NCBI GenBank assembly: GCA_963786955.1
Contig: CAWBAT010000003.1
Location: 1 to 64,000, forward strand
DNA length: 64,000 bases
Source: an uncultured Acidimicrobiia bacterium
GTDB lineage: Bacteria > Acidobacteriota > Terriglobia > Versatilivoradales > Versatilivoraceae
Direction: 5' to 3'
Part shown: piece after piece, positions 21,274 to 31,760 of the stretch
How positions within the stretch are numbered: the stretch's first letter is position 1
How the letters are laid out: each line of letters starts with the position of its first letter
Notes under the pieces: model-generated
Told to the model about the DNA's origin: nothing
What the model saw: the letters and a program-made list of their open reading frames with translations, nothing else
Databases searched by the model: none
Program-made: the position numbers and the translations under genes

Positions 21274-21626
21274 ATGGCACTTTTCGATAAGATCAGATCT
21301 ATCATCGCGTTGTTTGACTCCGTAGAGTGGGCCTTTCTAGTCATGGGTGCGCTTAACTTTAACCTCATCATCATCGCCTTTCTTTATACTTCTCTAAAAT
21401 CAACCAAGGTCACGCGCGAGAATTGGAGCGGGAAAGGGATAAGTATAAGAAGGTTTGGGAGCATCGGGACCTTGCATGGAAAGATCGAGAAGATGATCTG
21501 AGAAGAGTTCTCCATTTCGAGAAGGGAAGGGAAATCTCACAGCTTAAGGCGGAATATGATTCGTATGTGGGACTCTTGGAGCAGAAGCTGGATCGGTCAA
21601 AGACCAGGGAAAATTCTCTTAGCTAA
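21274..21626 (+). CDS. Small membrane-anchored coiled-coil protein (frameshift ~21420)
   Basis: TM segment (WAFLVMGALNFNLIIIAFLY) of ORF 21274 joined to the charged helix of ORF 21423-21626. Confidence 0.5.
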
Positions 21627-21726
21627 GCAACATAAATTGGAAACGGATCGAATGATTATCCTTCGCCTCTCAAATACGATTGACCGGGCAAGTGAATCCG
21701 GTAAATGGTAGAGCTTGTTCCCAAGT

Positions 21727-23250
21727 TCACAGCCCCAAGGATTCTGCCCAGCTCTTCTCAAAATCCCCGAGAGTTCTCCCAGTCGCAGTCCTAAAGGCAT
21801 TCTCAAAATTATAATTTTGAGCCATCAGGCCAAAAATATTCCTGAGGATCTCTGCTCCTTTCTGGCTCATTAAGTATTCAACCGCAGAAAGGCCCTCCAC
21901 ATAAGCTATTTGAGCGGCATCAGACGGTAATTGTGAAAAGGTGCCTCTTAGGCTTGATAGCGGAGCCAGTTGCTTCTGCCGAGCCGCTGATTTAAGCCAT
22001 TGCTTGTTGGGGTCTGCCGATTTGCCTTCCTGCATCTGTGCGACTCCTTCGTTAAACCAGGTGGGGCAATCTCCACGGCTGATCAGGCCAATAAAGGAGT
22101 GGACTAGTTCATGGGCCAGAACCGCTTTTACTTGATCAGATATCCCATCTAAGCCTTTAGTCGGGATCCGAATCTTCCCATCATTGATAGCTCCACTCCA
22201 CCGAGGGGCCTGCGTGACGTCGAAGTATGCCTTGTCGGGATAAATGACAACCGTGATTGTCCCTGGTCCCTGCTCAAAAAGACTATTGGAAAGCTGGCGA
22301 TAAATTGTTTCTAGAGCTGTCAGCATCTGCTCTCCTAAACGATAGTCGGAAACCTGACGGTCATACCGTAAGATGAAGTGAGCACTTTGCAAGGCTCCCA
22401 ACTCTCTGTGTGCAGGGGCTTCTTGCTTGGCCTTGACGAGTCGTTGAGTAATCTGCTCGTTTGGTCCGACCTGGAGTGCCGTCTCCCATTCGCTGATGGC
22501 CTGAGGAATCTTGTCTTGGGAGTAAAGAGCTTCGCCTAGCAAGTAACGGAACTGTGGGTTTCTCTGGTCAGACTTCACAAGCGTAAGCAATAAATCTTCA
22601 GCAGCCCGATATTCCCCCATTTTGTAGTGAAGAACGGCCAAATTCCACAATGTCATCGGGGACTTTCTGTCAAAGGCGAGGGCTGACTGAAGGGTGCGCT
22701 TGGCAACCTCGACCTCACCCTTGGAAGCTTGAAGCGAAGCAATTGAATTCAGGACCTGGATGAGTTGTAATTTTGACGTCTGATCATCAGGATTAGACCG
22801 GATGTTCTCTTGAAGTTTTCTTAGGATTTCCTCATTGAATGAATTAGAGCCTAGTTTGATGGAAGGCTCAACAGAGGGACCTGCTGCAGGGGAGGCTGAT
22901 GGCGAACTGGATTCTATACCAAACCCATACTTGCGAACTTGACCTTCTTGCTGCTTCCCTTTCTCTACTTTGATTCTAATTACCTGTGATTTCGCAATAG
23001 ATTTGACCGACTCGCCAACCTGGTACTTAATCTCATCTTGAAGCTCCCATGCTTTGTCAACCAGAAGCACATCACCGTTTTTTAAAAATACGACGTCGGC
23101 CCAGAGATCTACACTGGAAAGACTGCTGGCGGCGAGCACTGCCCAACTCCAAAATAGGTAGTGGATGAATCGTTGTTTACCTAGCATCGTTAAAATTGGA
23201 TGCGCGCTCTTCGGATGGTACAGAGATCGTTCGAAAATTCCGAATTTCAC
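21727..23250 (-). CDS. Secreted TPR + gluzincin (peptidase MA-like) protein
   Basis: Signal-like N-terminus (alternative start 23187) and TPRs, followed by LAHELVH...CPTWFNEGVA (HExxH...E). Confidence 0.8.
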   Translation of the reverse strand: MKFGIFERSLYHPKSAHPILTMLGKQRFIHYLFWSWAVLAASSLSSVDLWADVVFLKNGDVLLVDKAWELQDEIKYQVGESVKSIAKSQVIRIKVEKGKQQEGQVRKYGFGIESSSPSASPAAGPSVEPSIKLGSNSFNEEILRKLQENIRSNPDDQTSKLQLIQVLNSIASLQASKGEVEVAKRTLQSALAFDRKSPMTLWNLAVLHYKMGEYRAAEDLLLTLVKSDQRNPQFRYLLGEALYSQDKIPQAISEWETALQVGPNEQITQRLVKAKQEAPAHRELGALQSAHFILRYDRQVSDYRLGEQMLTALETIYRQLSNSLFEQGPGTITVVIYPDKAYFDVTQAPRWSGAINDGKIRIPTKGLDGISDQVKAVLAHELVHSFIGLISRGDCPTWFNEGVAQMQEGKSADPNKQWLKSAARQKQLAPLSSLRGTFSQLPSDAAQIAYVEGLSAVEYLMSQKGAEILRNIFGLMAQNYNFENAFRTATGRTLGDFEKSWAESLGL

Positions 23251-23299
23251 CCAATGTAAAAGGGGTTAGTGAGTTTTAGCCACATGGCGGCTGCAACCT

Positions 23300-24421
23300 T
23301 TATTTTGCCGATTGAATTGTCTGGGAGACCCTTTGGGCTGTGATGAAGTTTCCATTGACGTCTCGAATCTTGGTGACGCGTTCTACACTCACCTTGCCGT
23401 TACCTAGTGGCTTAGAAATTTCACTGACCATTTCGGTTATCTGGAGGCCTTTGGATAAATTAGCTGGGTCTAGAGTTTCAATTTGCGTGTTTGATTCGAT
23501 GCTCCCATCAGGTAGTCGTCGTTCTTCCCCGGATACTCTCTTGGCAAGGATCAATCCTGTGCTATTAATGTTTCGTTGCTGCGGGGTAATGTTTCGCGAC
23601 TCCAACAGGCGTTGGTATTTCCTTGTTCCATCGGGGTTTTCGCTCTGGGTTTCAATCATCTTGTCAGTCAACACAAGATGTCCGGTATCACCGATCTGTT
23701 GCATGGAAGTTTCTTTCTTGTAAGACTTTTCGTTGATTCGGGTAATGGTTTCCTTCGTTGTTCCCAGCAAGATCATTTGACCATTTGAATCCCTGCTTCG
23801 CCGACTGTTCTCTTTTACGGTCAAATTATCTGCAATTTTCTTTTCCGTTCCTTCCTCTAGTTCAAGAAGAGCCAGCTTCCCATCTGCCCCAGGCCGATAG
23901 CGGGCAAGGACCATTTGACTTTCCTTAGGCGAAATTTGAGAATGAGTTTCATTTTCAACGGACAGCGCGGCCATCTTCCCGTTTATGTCAGCCTGGAAAT
24001 GGGTTCTTTGTATTTCTTCCTTTTTGTCGCTGGTCGTATGGTCTTCGCTGATGATTGCCTGCGTGAATAACTTACCATTGCTGTCGGGAATTCGCACTTG
24101 ACGTTCAACCTGGAATTGATTGGCGTTGACTTTTTTGCCTATTTCAGTGACCTCACGCTCTACCTGTTCTCCGCCGTTTATTGAAGGCGACAGCACCTTC
24201 GAGCTCAATTCATAATTCTTCGCATCAATGAGTTTTAATTGCTGAACCGCAACTCCACTTTTGTCGAGCGTATCTGCGGATTCTGTGGAAGAGTAAATTT
24301 GAATTTTAGACTTACTGCTCTGGGATTGAGCGCAAATAAGCCTTGACGGAATTAAGGCAAGACCACAGGCCCATATCAGGTAGAAAGCGATTATTGATTT
24401 TTTGGCTCTAGAACGAATCAT
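23300..24421 (-). CDS. Secreted protein with ~33-aa beta-hairpin repeats
   Basis: AGGAGG RBS before ATG 24421. Signal peptide ending ICA-QSQ. Recurrent D-x-N-G turns. Confidence 0.75.
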   Translation of the reverse strand: MIRSRAKKSIIAFYLIWACGLALIPSRLICAQSQSSKSKIQIYSSTESADTLDKSGVAVQQLKLIDAKNYELSSKVLSPSINGGEQVEREVTEIGKKVNANQFQVERQVRIPDSNGKLFTQAIISEDHTTSDKKEEIQRTHFQADINGKMAALSVENETHSQISPKESQMVLARYRPGADGKLALLELEEGTEKKIADNLTVKENSRRSRDSNGQMILLGTTKETITRINEKSYKKETSMQQIGDTGHLVLTDKMIETQSENPDGTRKYQRLLESRNITPQQRNINSTGLILAKRVSGEERRLPDGSIESNTQIETLDPANLSKGLQITEMVSEISKPLGNGKVSVERVTKIRDVNGNFITAQRVSQTIQSAK

Positions 24422-24792
24422 ACCCAAATTTCCTCCTGGCAAATCGGCAAGAGTTGGCCGTGTGAATCCAATGGAGCACTGCAATCTACTCAAATAGTCT
24501 ACACCATTCATCGTCTCAATAGGCAGATACGATTAGCGGATTGTTGACGATTTGACGAAAATCTCTAATTAGCCCATTGGGAGTGGTTTCTCATCTAAGT
24601 ATTGTAATTTCAATGCTTTATAAGAATATGGTGGTGTTGGTCAGGATAAATGGTGGCTCTCATCAAGTGAACAGGAAATTTGAGTTTCTTTAGACTAGGA
24701 TATGAAACAAAGGTTTGGGTGCAATCCACTGGCTTTCAACCTACTATGGCGGGCTGAACAGAATCTAAAATGCCCAGATGAATTCTTACGGG

Positions 24793-26048
24793 TTAATTCT
24801 TTAGGAGATTAAGAGTGGTCAATGCGAGGGATTTCTTCGAGGACTCCTTGATCTGAACGACCAAGCCTTCCTTCGGTGGCTGAGGTTGATCTTCCACTTT
24901 TATGCCAAGGACTTGAGCGGACATGGCATAGAAACTTATCGCCAGGGGGGTAGCCTGATAGTGGGCAGTCGTCAAAGGATTACCCGACTGAATGGCGCGA
25001 ATTGCCGTTTTATAATCATTTGGTATGCACCAAAAGACCTTGAAAGTTACAGCCTTTTCAATCTCCTTTATGCTAATGCCTTCTTCCCTGTCATACCGAT
25101 TGATCAACAACCGGATTCTACTCTGGGAATACCCCAGTCTCTGGAAACCATGAAGGACCTTTTGCACATTACTAAGGGATGGCAGGTTGCACTTCGAAAC
25201 CAAGAAAATCAAATGTGACGCATCGAGAGCTGTGACAACGGACTCACTCAGAATTCCGGAAGTGTCGACTACTATATAGTCATATTGCTGCTGGAGAAGG
25301 ATTAGAAGCTGCTTTAACTCAGCTGCCAAGGAAACTGGCATCCGAGATAATCCCATCACCGATTGATAGCACGTCAACGCCAGATTTTGGATGAGTAATA
25401 ATGGATTTCGCAACGGCCGTTATGATCTGCGATCCCGTATCCTTTGCTTTCCTGAATTAGGAATTTATTGCTCTTGATTCCAAAGAAACTCGCAACTTCG
25501 CCAAGCTCAAAATCCAAGTCGAGAACCAGAACCCGTTTCTTTGAAATTTGACCCAAGCTAACCGCAAAATTCGTCGCAACCGTCGTCGACCCACTCCCCC
25601 CCTTAGGGCCAAAGAAGGAAATGATTGATCCCGGCTCTTTTTCTTCTTCGATCTTATGAACTTGCCGATGGATCCGATGGAAGGCTTCAATTACCTTGTC
25701 AGATACGAGAGGTTTAGGAAGTATTTCGGTTAAACCCAGTCTCATTGTTTCGATTAAGAACTGGGAGTCAAACCGATCCCCGGCACCAATAATCGGCACT
25801 TGTGGGTAAAATTCATTTAAACTGGATAGTAGGGCAAGAGTTGCTTGCCGGTCTTTCGGGAACTCGACTACAAATAGCTGCGGATCATGGGAGTACATCT
25901 CCTCGAGGGTTTCTCTCGTGAAAGGTGAACTTCCAGTGGCCACTTCTAATACGATTCGAGCAACTTCCACTTTGCCGATTAGGTGACGACACTCCTTGCG
26001 GAAGCGCTCCTCACAAAAAATAACTATGGTTTTTAGCTTTCCATTCAT
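24793..26048 (-). CDS. Second CpaE/TadZ paralogue (frameshifted ~25400)
   Basis: ETMRLGLTEILPKP, GPKGGSGSTT, LDLDFELG, YDYIVVDT, LLINRY, IPNDY, all paralleling cpaE at 13424. Confidence 0.85.
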
Positions 26049-26123
26049 TTCAATTGGCTTCCAGTCTAGCCCTCATCCAACAAACCTATGCGCTTTCCCC
26101 CATGCATACTTCAAATGTATTTA

Positions 26124-26140
26124 AGCAATTTTAATTCCGA
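26124..26140 (-). promoter_or_regulatory. Possible sigma54 promoter for the second cpaE
   Basis: Minus strand reads TCGGAATTAAAATTGCT (GG-N10-GC with TTGC), about 75 bp upstream of the start. The -24 match is imperfect. Confidence 0.3.
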
Positions 26141-26489
26141 TCCAATAATCCTCGCCAAAATATCTAACCTTCTGCCTCTGGAACTCCAGATCTTGACCAA
26201 TAAGCCCCAAGGGTTCATTCAGATAACGGGTTAGAGAAGACCAGTCGATCAATTGAATCAGCTACCTAAGGGGGACAAAGGGCTTCAACTGACCACCGAT
26301 GCGGACAGAAAATCCCAAAAATGGTACAATATGTCCGACTATTGCCCAATAGTGGAACCTTTATTCTCTTCGTTTCAATCTGAGCGACCAATCGGTGATC
26401 AGAAGCAAGTTATGGTGGGAAACTTTTTCAGTAGGCTCTTTTCGTGATCTATCATGATTAGGAGCGGATGTTTCTTCACTAATCGGGCA

Positions 26490-26855
26490 TCACGCAGTCC
26501 TAAGCGTCCTACTGTCGAGAAATTCAATTCCAGCCAAACCGAAGGCATCTGCTTGCTTCGGCTGCACCCATTTTATATCGCTCGCGACTGGAATGCACTT
26601 GGGATTTGAAATTCAATGACTCGTGTCTTTCATGATACCATGATCTGAAAAAACGATACAAGCGCCAGATTCACACGTATTAACAGTGTAACTCTGGAAT
26701 TCAAGTCTCGTATCGCTCAACAAGTAATGAACAGTAATGGGGATTATTTGAGTCTTTCTGGCGCTTCTTCTTAATGAAAAGATTGTCTCTGAGTGTCCAT
26801 GGCCTAGATAAGGGGATCCCGACACTCGATTGTCTTCTTCAGTGTCCTTAGACAC
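26490..26855 (-). CDS. PilZ-domain protein (two frameshifts)
   Basis: RRSAR...VNTCESGACI. Manual continuation gives VIEFQIPS...IKWVQPKQADAFGLAGIEFLDSRTLRTA*. Confidence 0.7.
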
Positions 26856-27115
26856 TTTATTTCTGGGTTGGAAATTCCCTTGTGTTCACCATTTTGTCTG
26901 GAAATCATCGGAATTCTCATCTCACTCAGTAACATTTGGACTTGGTCGATTCTCTCCATAACCTCCATCAGATCCCGCTGCAGTTGAGAATTTCCGGATT
27001 TCGCAAGGTGGGCGCGAGCAAAGAACATCACTGCAGACAAGGATTGTTCGATACCCTTGGGATAAGGATGCCTGCTTAGCCGAATGCTCGAAGTGGGATC
27101 GAGCCAGCATCTCAA
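26804..27115 (-). CDS. Hypothetical helical protein
   Basis: Amphipathic helices IEQSLSAVMFFARAHL...LQRDLMEVMERIDQVQMLLSEM. Boundaries uncertain; may be fused to the PilZ gene. Confidence 0.35.
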   Translation of the reverse strand: MRCWLDPTSSIRLSRHPYPKGIEQSLSAVMFFARAHLAKSGNSQLQRDLMEVMERIDQVQMLLSEMRIPMISRQNGEHKGISNPEIKCLRTLKKTIECRDPLI

Positions 27116-27530
27116 ATCGCTGCTTGAATCCCGAATTCGAAGTTAAGCTGAGTGTCGAGCGTTGAGAAGAGTGGTCCTTGAATGGAAATAGAGGCAGGTA
27201 CAGGCTAAACCGAAAATGCAAAGCTCTACAAAAAAGACAAGTGGATTTCTCTCTAAATGCACACGTCTAGAAGCAGAGTGATAAGAATCTCATAAAAGCA
27301 GAAAGCCAGAATCCCCCAACCTGCAATCGCGGCCAGAGAGTGACTTCCTAAAAGCCAGACCTGCCTTGCAAAGGCTTCACTAGGCTTTGCCCATGTCGCT
27401 TACAAGCAAGATAAGCTCTCTCACAGAGACACATTCCTACCGCTAAGCAAGTTTTCTAATGACCTATTCTATCATGGGAATTGGGTAATTTTAGAGGTAA
27501 TTTTTTATATAGGGGATAGTCTCCGAAGGA

Positions 27531-28243
27531 TTATCCTATATGACGGGCAACGGTTCCTTCAAAATGATGAAGTACTAAGTTTGACAGGCTTTTACATACA
27601 ATTTCCGAAAGGGTCTCGGCAAATGAGTTCTTGACGCCATTGATGTCAAACGGTTCTGCAAGTTGATTTACCTTGTCTCGATTTCTCATTAGGCCGAGGA
27701 CCCTGAGGCAAGCCACGCTGTTTGTACTCCCGATTCAATATTTTTGTAACGATCCCCACGGAGCTGAGATTATAGGTAGAGACCTTACCAAATAGTTTCT
27801 CCAGGTGGTTCCGGGAGGAGTTAATTTCCTCGACAAGTTTTTGTCTTTCCAGTTTTAGGCCTTCAAATTTCATCCGTTCCAATGCCGGATTGATGTTGTT
27901 CAATTGAGGTCCGAGTTTTTCGGGATTCTGCCTCTAACGCGTGACGGATTCCCACAAAGTTTTGCAGTCGGTCATTTTCAGCTTTAAATTGTCGCTCGGC
28001 TGCCTGAATATTTTCCTCGATCTCTTTTTTCTGCTTATCGTCAAATTCCCCCAGTAATTCTTTGGCCAGTACTTCATAGTATGTATTTTTCAGTCGCTCT
28101 AGTTCAGACTCAATCTTGTCAACGCTATTGACCGAAGTATTCTTGATTTGTTCATCAATCTCGTTAACCTTTTCCTGAATCTTGCCAAGCTTTTGCTGGA
28201 AGGTTTGAATGGTCTGTTCAATTTCCTGTTGTGTTCCTGTCAT
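27531..28243 (-). CDS. Coiled-coil hypothetical protein (frameshifted)
   Basis: GAGGAG RBS. Three overlapping ORFs (27863-28243, 27646-27903, 27531-27716) with E/K/Q-rich heptads. Confidence 0.6.
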
Positions 28244-28304
28244 CGCATCTCCTCGAGAACATCCATAACTTGTCCCACGTAATCTTTACTACAGTTTGGC
28301 GGTT

Positions 28305-29366
28305 TCATAAATTACTCTCCGGCAGGGACAAATAGTGTCGTCCACTTTCGCGACTATCCAAGTCATTCTCGACGTAATCTACGCCGGCAATCGGTAATCA
28401 AAAAATCCGCCGATTCAGTGATCTTGATATAGCCCTTCTCCTTTAAATACCAGTTAGAGAATTCGAGTTCCTCGACACGACAACCAAGAAGTTCCGCCAG
28501 AACAAGCATCGGAAGCTGTGGACGAGTTGGATTGTTGCGGCGCACATCATATAGGGCTAGCAGCAAGGAGTTGCGCAGCTCCCGCTCGGACATATTCCCG
28601 TACCGATCGGCGGGATTTCCCGCCTGTTCCGTGAACCTTGCTTTCAGGTTTTCGAGTTCTGCCGAAACACCCGATCGCTCTTCTCTCTTTGCTGAATCCT
28701 GCGTTTTGTTCTTTCCAGTTCCAAAATAACTTTGGTCATAGCGAGAGCGTTTGGCAGGATCGGACAGTACTTCGTAAGCTTCCAGTACTTGCTTAAACTT
28801 CTCTTCGTCCCCGGTTTGTTTATTGTCAGGATGAAAATATGCGGCAAGCAATCGATAGACCTTGGTAACGACTAATTGTTCCGCGTTAGGGTCCAATTGC
28901 AATACCTCATAATAATCAGGGGTCCCGCTATTTTGCTCATTGTTTATTTCCGGTGATTCATTCGGACCGTGTTCGGTCTCAATGAGGTTGTGGGAGAAGC
29001 CATTCGACAACCAGCCCAGTAATGGCAATGACGAAGCCCATCACAGGAATATGAAAAATGATTCGCCACCAAATATGACATTATTTATCGGGAGAGGGAT
29101 CTTTTCACCGTTGACAAAGAACTCAACCGTAAGAACAAGTGCACCTAAGGCGAGATAAGGCGCCCCATTTTTTTTCTTGAGGAACATATTGAAGAAAGCA
29201 AAACAGACACCAAAAAGCCGACAAAGACGACAAAGACTTGAAAACCCCCGCCCACGAAGTGGTTCGGATGGTAATGAAAGAAATTATTGATAAACTCAAT
29301 CTGGGAAATGAATGGCCCGGATGCTAGGAGTGCTGAAATGAATGCGAGAAGTAAGTTTGGTCCCAT
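28305..29366 (-). CDS. J-domain protein with C-terminal winged helix and probable N-terminal TM region (frameshifted)
   Basis: DYYEVLQL...FHPDN...[15 protein letters not shown], then [21 protein letters not shown]. Tail IAGVDYVE...* ends at 28305. The hydrophobic ORF pieces at 29000-29366 may be a separate gene. Confidence 0.7.
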
Positions 29367-29658
29367 TTTGGTACTCTTCTACGAAAGAATTATATACTGC
29401 TTCCTGGTGTTTAATTATCGGCTCAATTCCAGAAATTAGTTAATAAACTTATGGTTTTTCATTCGTTTGTTGTCAATGAAGAAGAAGGCCTGTCTCGTTA
29501 GTCGGGCGGCCGCTATCTCTTCTATCGACGCAGGGAGTTGAATTCGAAGCCTCCACGTTCCAAATCCAATTGAATTGATTCAAAAAAAGCCGCTATGTTA
29601 CTATTCCGCTGGGTCATTTACAATCATTATTCAGCATTCGGAAGATAAGGAGCATCCT

Positions 29659-31760
29659 GTGAAGGTTTATACGGGGGAGAATATCCGAAACATTGCAGTT
29701 GTAGGGCACGGTTCGAGTGGAAAGACATCTGTTGTGGCTGGGTGTCTTTTCCTTGGAGGCGTTGGAAACCGCCTCGGCAAAGTTGATGAAGGCACAACCT
29801 TAACTGATTTCGACCCGGAAGAAATAGAAAGAAAGATCAGCATCTCCACTGCAATTGCTTTTGTCGAATGGAACAAAGCGAAAATAAATTTCCTCGATAC
29901 TCCTGGGAAAGGGGTTTTCATACAAGATGCACGGAATAGCATGCGTGTTGCCGACGCAGCAATGATTTTGGTTGAGGCGATCTCAGGGGTAGAGGTTCAG
30001 ACCGAGAAGATTTTCAATTTTTCTGAAGAATTTCAGTTGCCGGTGATGTTAGTGGTTAATAAATTGGACCGGGAGAATGCCGCTTTCGACAAGGCTGTCT
30101 CCTCGATCCAGCAGTTCTTCAGCAGAATTGCGATTCCAATTCAGCTTCCAATCGGGACCGAAAAGAACTTTCGTGGGATCATGGACCTGATTGAACTCAA
30201 AGCGTATCTATACGAACCCAATGGCTCCGCCAAATTCATGGAAATAGAGATTCCTGCGGATCTAAAAGATGAGGCCCAGAAGGCACATGAAGCCATTGTG
30301 GAAATCGTAGCTGAAGGCAATGATGAATTGATGGAAGAGTTCTTCGAAAAGGGAACGATCCCTCTGGAACACTTGGTCCCTGGTTTCGCCCAGGCGGTTG
30401 CAGAACGTCGCCTTTTTCCTATTCTGGCTCATTCTTCGCTCATTAACGTAGGTACCCAGAATCTGGTCGATTTTATAGTGAATTATCTCCCTTCACCGAG
30501 CGGTAAGATGCTGCTCCCTGCAACCAATATCCAGAAGACTGCTCCGCTGGAAAGGAAGGGCGTCGACGAGGCCCTCTCTCGGTTTATGTATTTAGGACCA
30601 ACGTAGATCCTTTCGCCGGCCGGCTTTCTTTTCTGAAAGTTTGCTCCGGAGTGCTCAAGACAGACTCCACCATTCTGAATTTCAACCGGGGGACCTCTGA
30701 ACGATTGGCGCATTTGTCAGTTCCTCAGGGAAAAAATCCAGTCGAAGTTCCTGAATTGCATGCGGGGGACATCGGCGTTGTCGCCAAGCTGAAAGAGACC
30801 GTCACAGGGGATACATTAGGGGATAAAGACCATCCTATTCTTTACCAAAATCTCAGCTTCCCGGAGCCGTTGATTACATTCGCGATGGAACCTAAATCAC
30901 GGGGTGATGAAGAGAAAATCAGCATCGCTCTTCATCGCATTATTGAAGAAGATCCAACATTAAGATTTGGTCGAGACCAACAGACCAACGAAATGCTCCT
31001 TTCCGGCATGGGGCAGTTGCACATTGAAACAATCGTCGCGCGTTTGAAGAAACGGTTTGGGGTTGAAGTGACTTTGAAGCCTCCCAAAGTCCCTTATCGT
31101 GAGACGATACGCGGCAGAGCAGATGTTCAGGGAAGGCATAAAAAGCAATCGGGTGGTCACGGCCAATATGGAGATTGTAAGATCAAGATGGAGCCCCTTC
31201 CTCGGGGCGCGAATTTCGAATTCGTAAATGAAATTTTCGGTGGGTCTATACCTAAGAATTATATTCCGGCGGTAGAGAAAGGTATTGTTGAATCCGCGGC
31301 AAAAGGCTTTCTTGCGGGTTATCCTGTCGTGGATTTCCGGGTGATTTTGTATGACGGCTCCTATCATGACGTGGACTCATCAGAGTTAGCGTTCAAAATA
31401 GCCGGTTCGATCGCATTTAAGAAAGCCATGGAAGTGGCGAATCCCGTATTACTTGAGCCAATCATGCACGTCGAAGTATACGCACCCGATCTATATGCTG
31501 GGGACTTGATGGGAGACTTGAATAGTCGACGCGGCCGAGTGCAAGGAATGGATAGCAAAGGTGGAATGCAGGTTATTAAAGCCCAAGTGCCTATGGCCGA
31601 GATGCTCTCTTATGCCCCTTCATTGACATCCATGACACAAGGACGAGGGGATTACAGCATGGAATTTTCGCACTATGATGTCGTTCCCGCTCAGATTGCG
31701 GAGAAGATAGTTGCTCATGCTAAGGCTTCCCGGGCCGGTGTGGAAGAAGAGGAGCACTAA
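29659..31760 (+). CDS. fusA: Elongation factor G paralogue (EF-G2/FusA2-like; frameshift ~30570)
   Basis: AAGGAG RBS and GTG start. IRNIAVVGHGSSGKTS, DTPG, NKLD, GMGQLH, KKQSGGHGQYG, LLEPIM. Confidence 0.92.

Noticed and set aside
24590-24660. att-site or tRNA-remnant-like text (AAGTATTGTAATTTCAATG...ATGGTGG)
   Set aside because: No tRNA, integrase or second copy of the sequence was found in the window.
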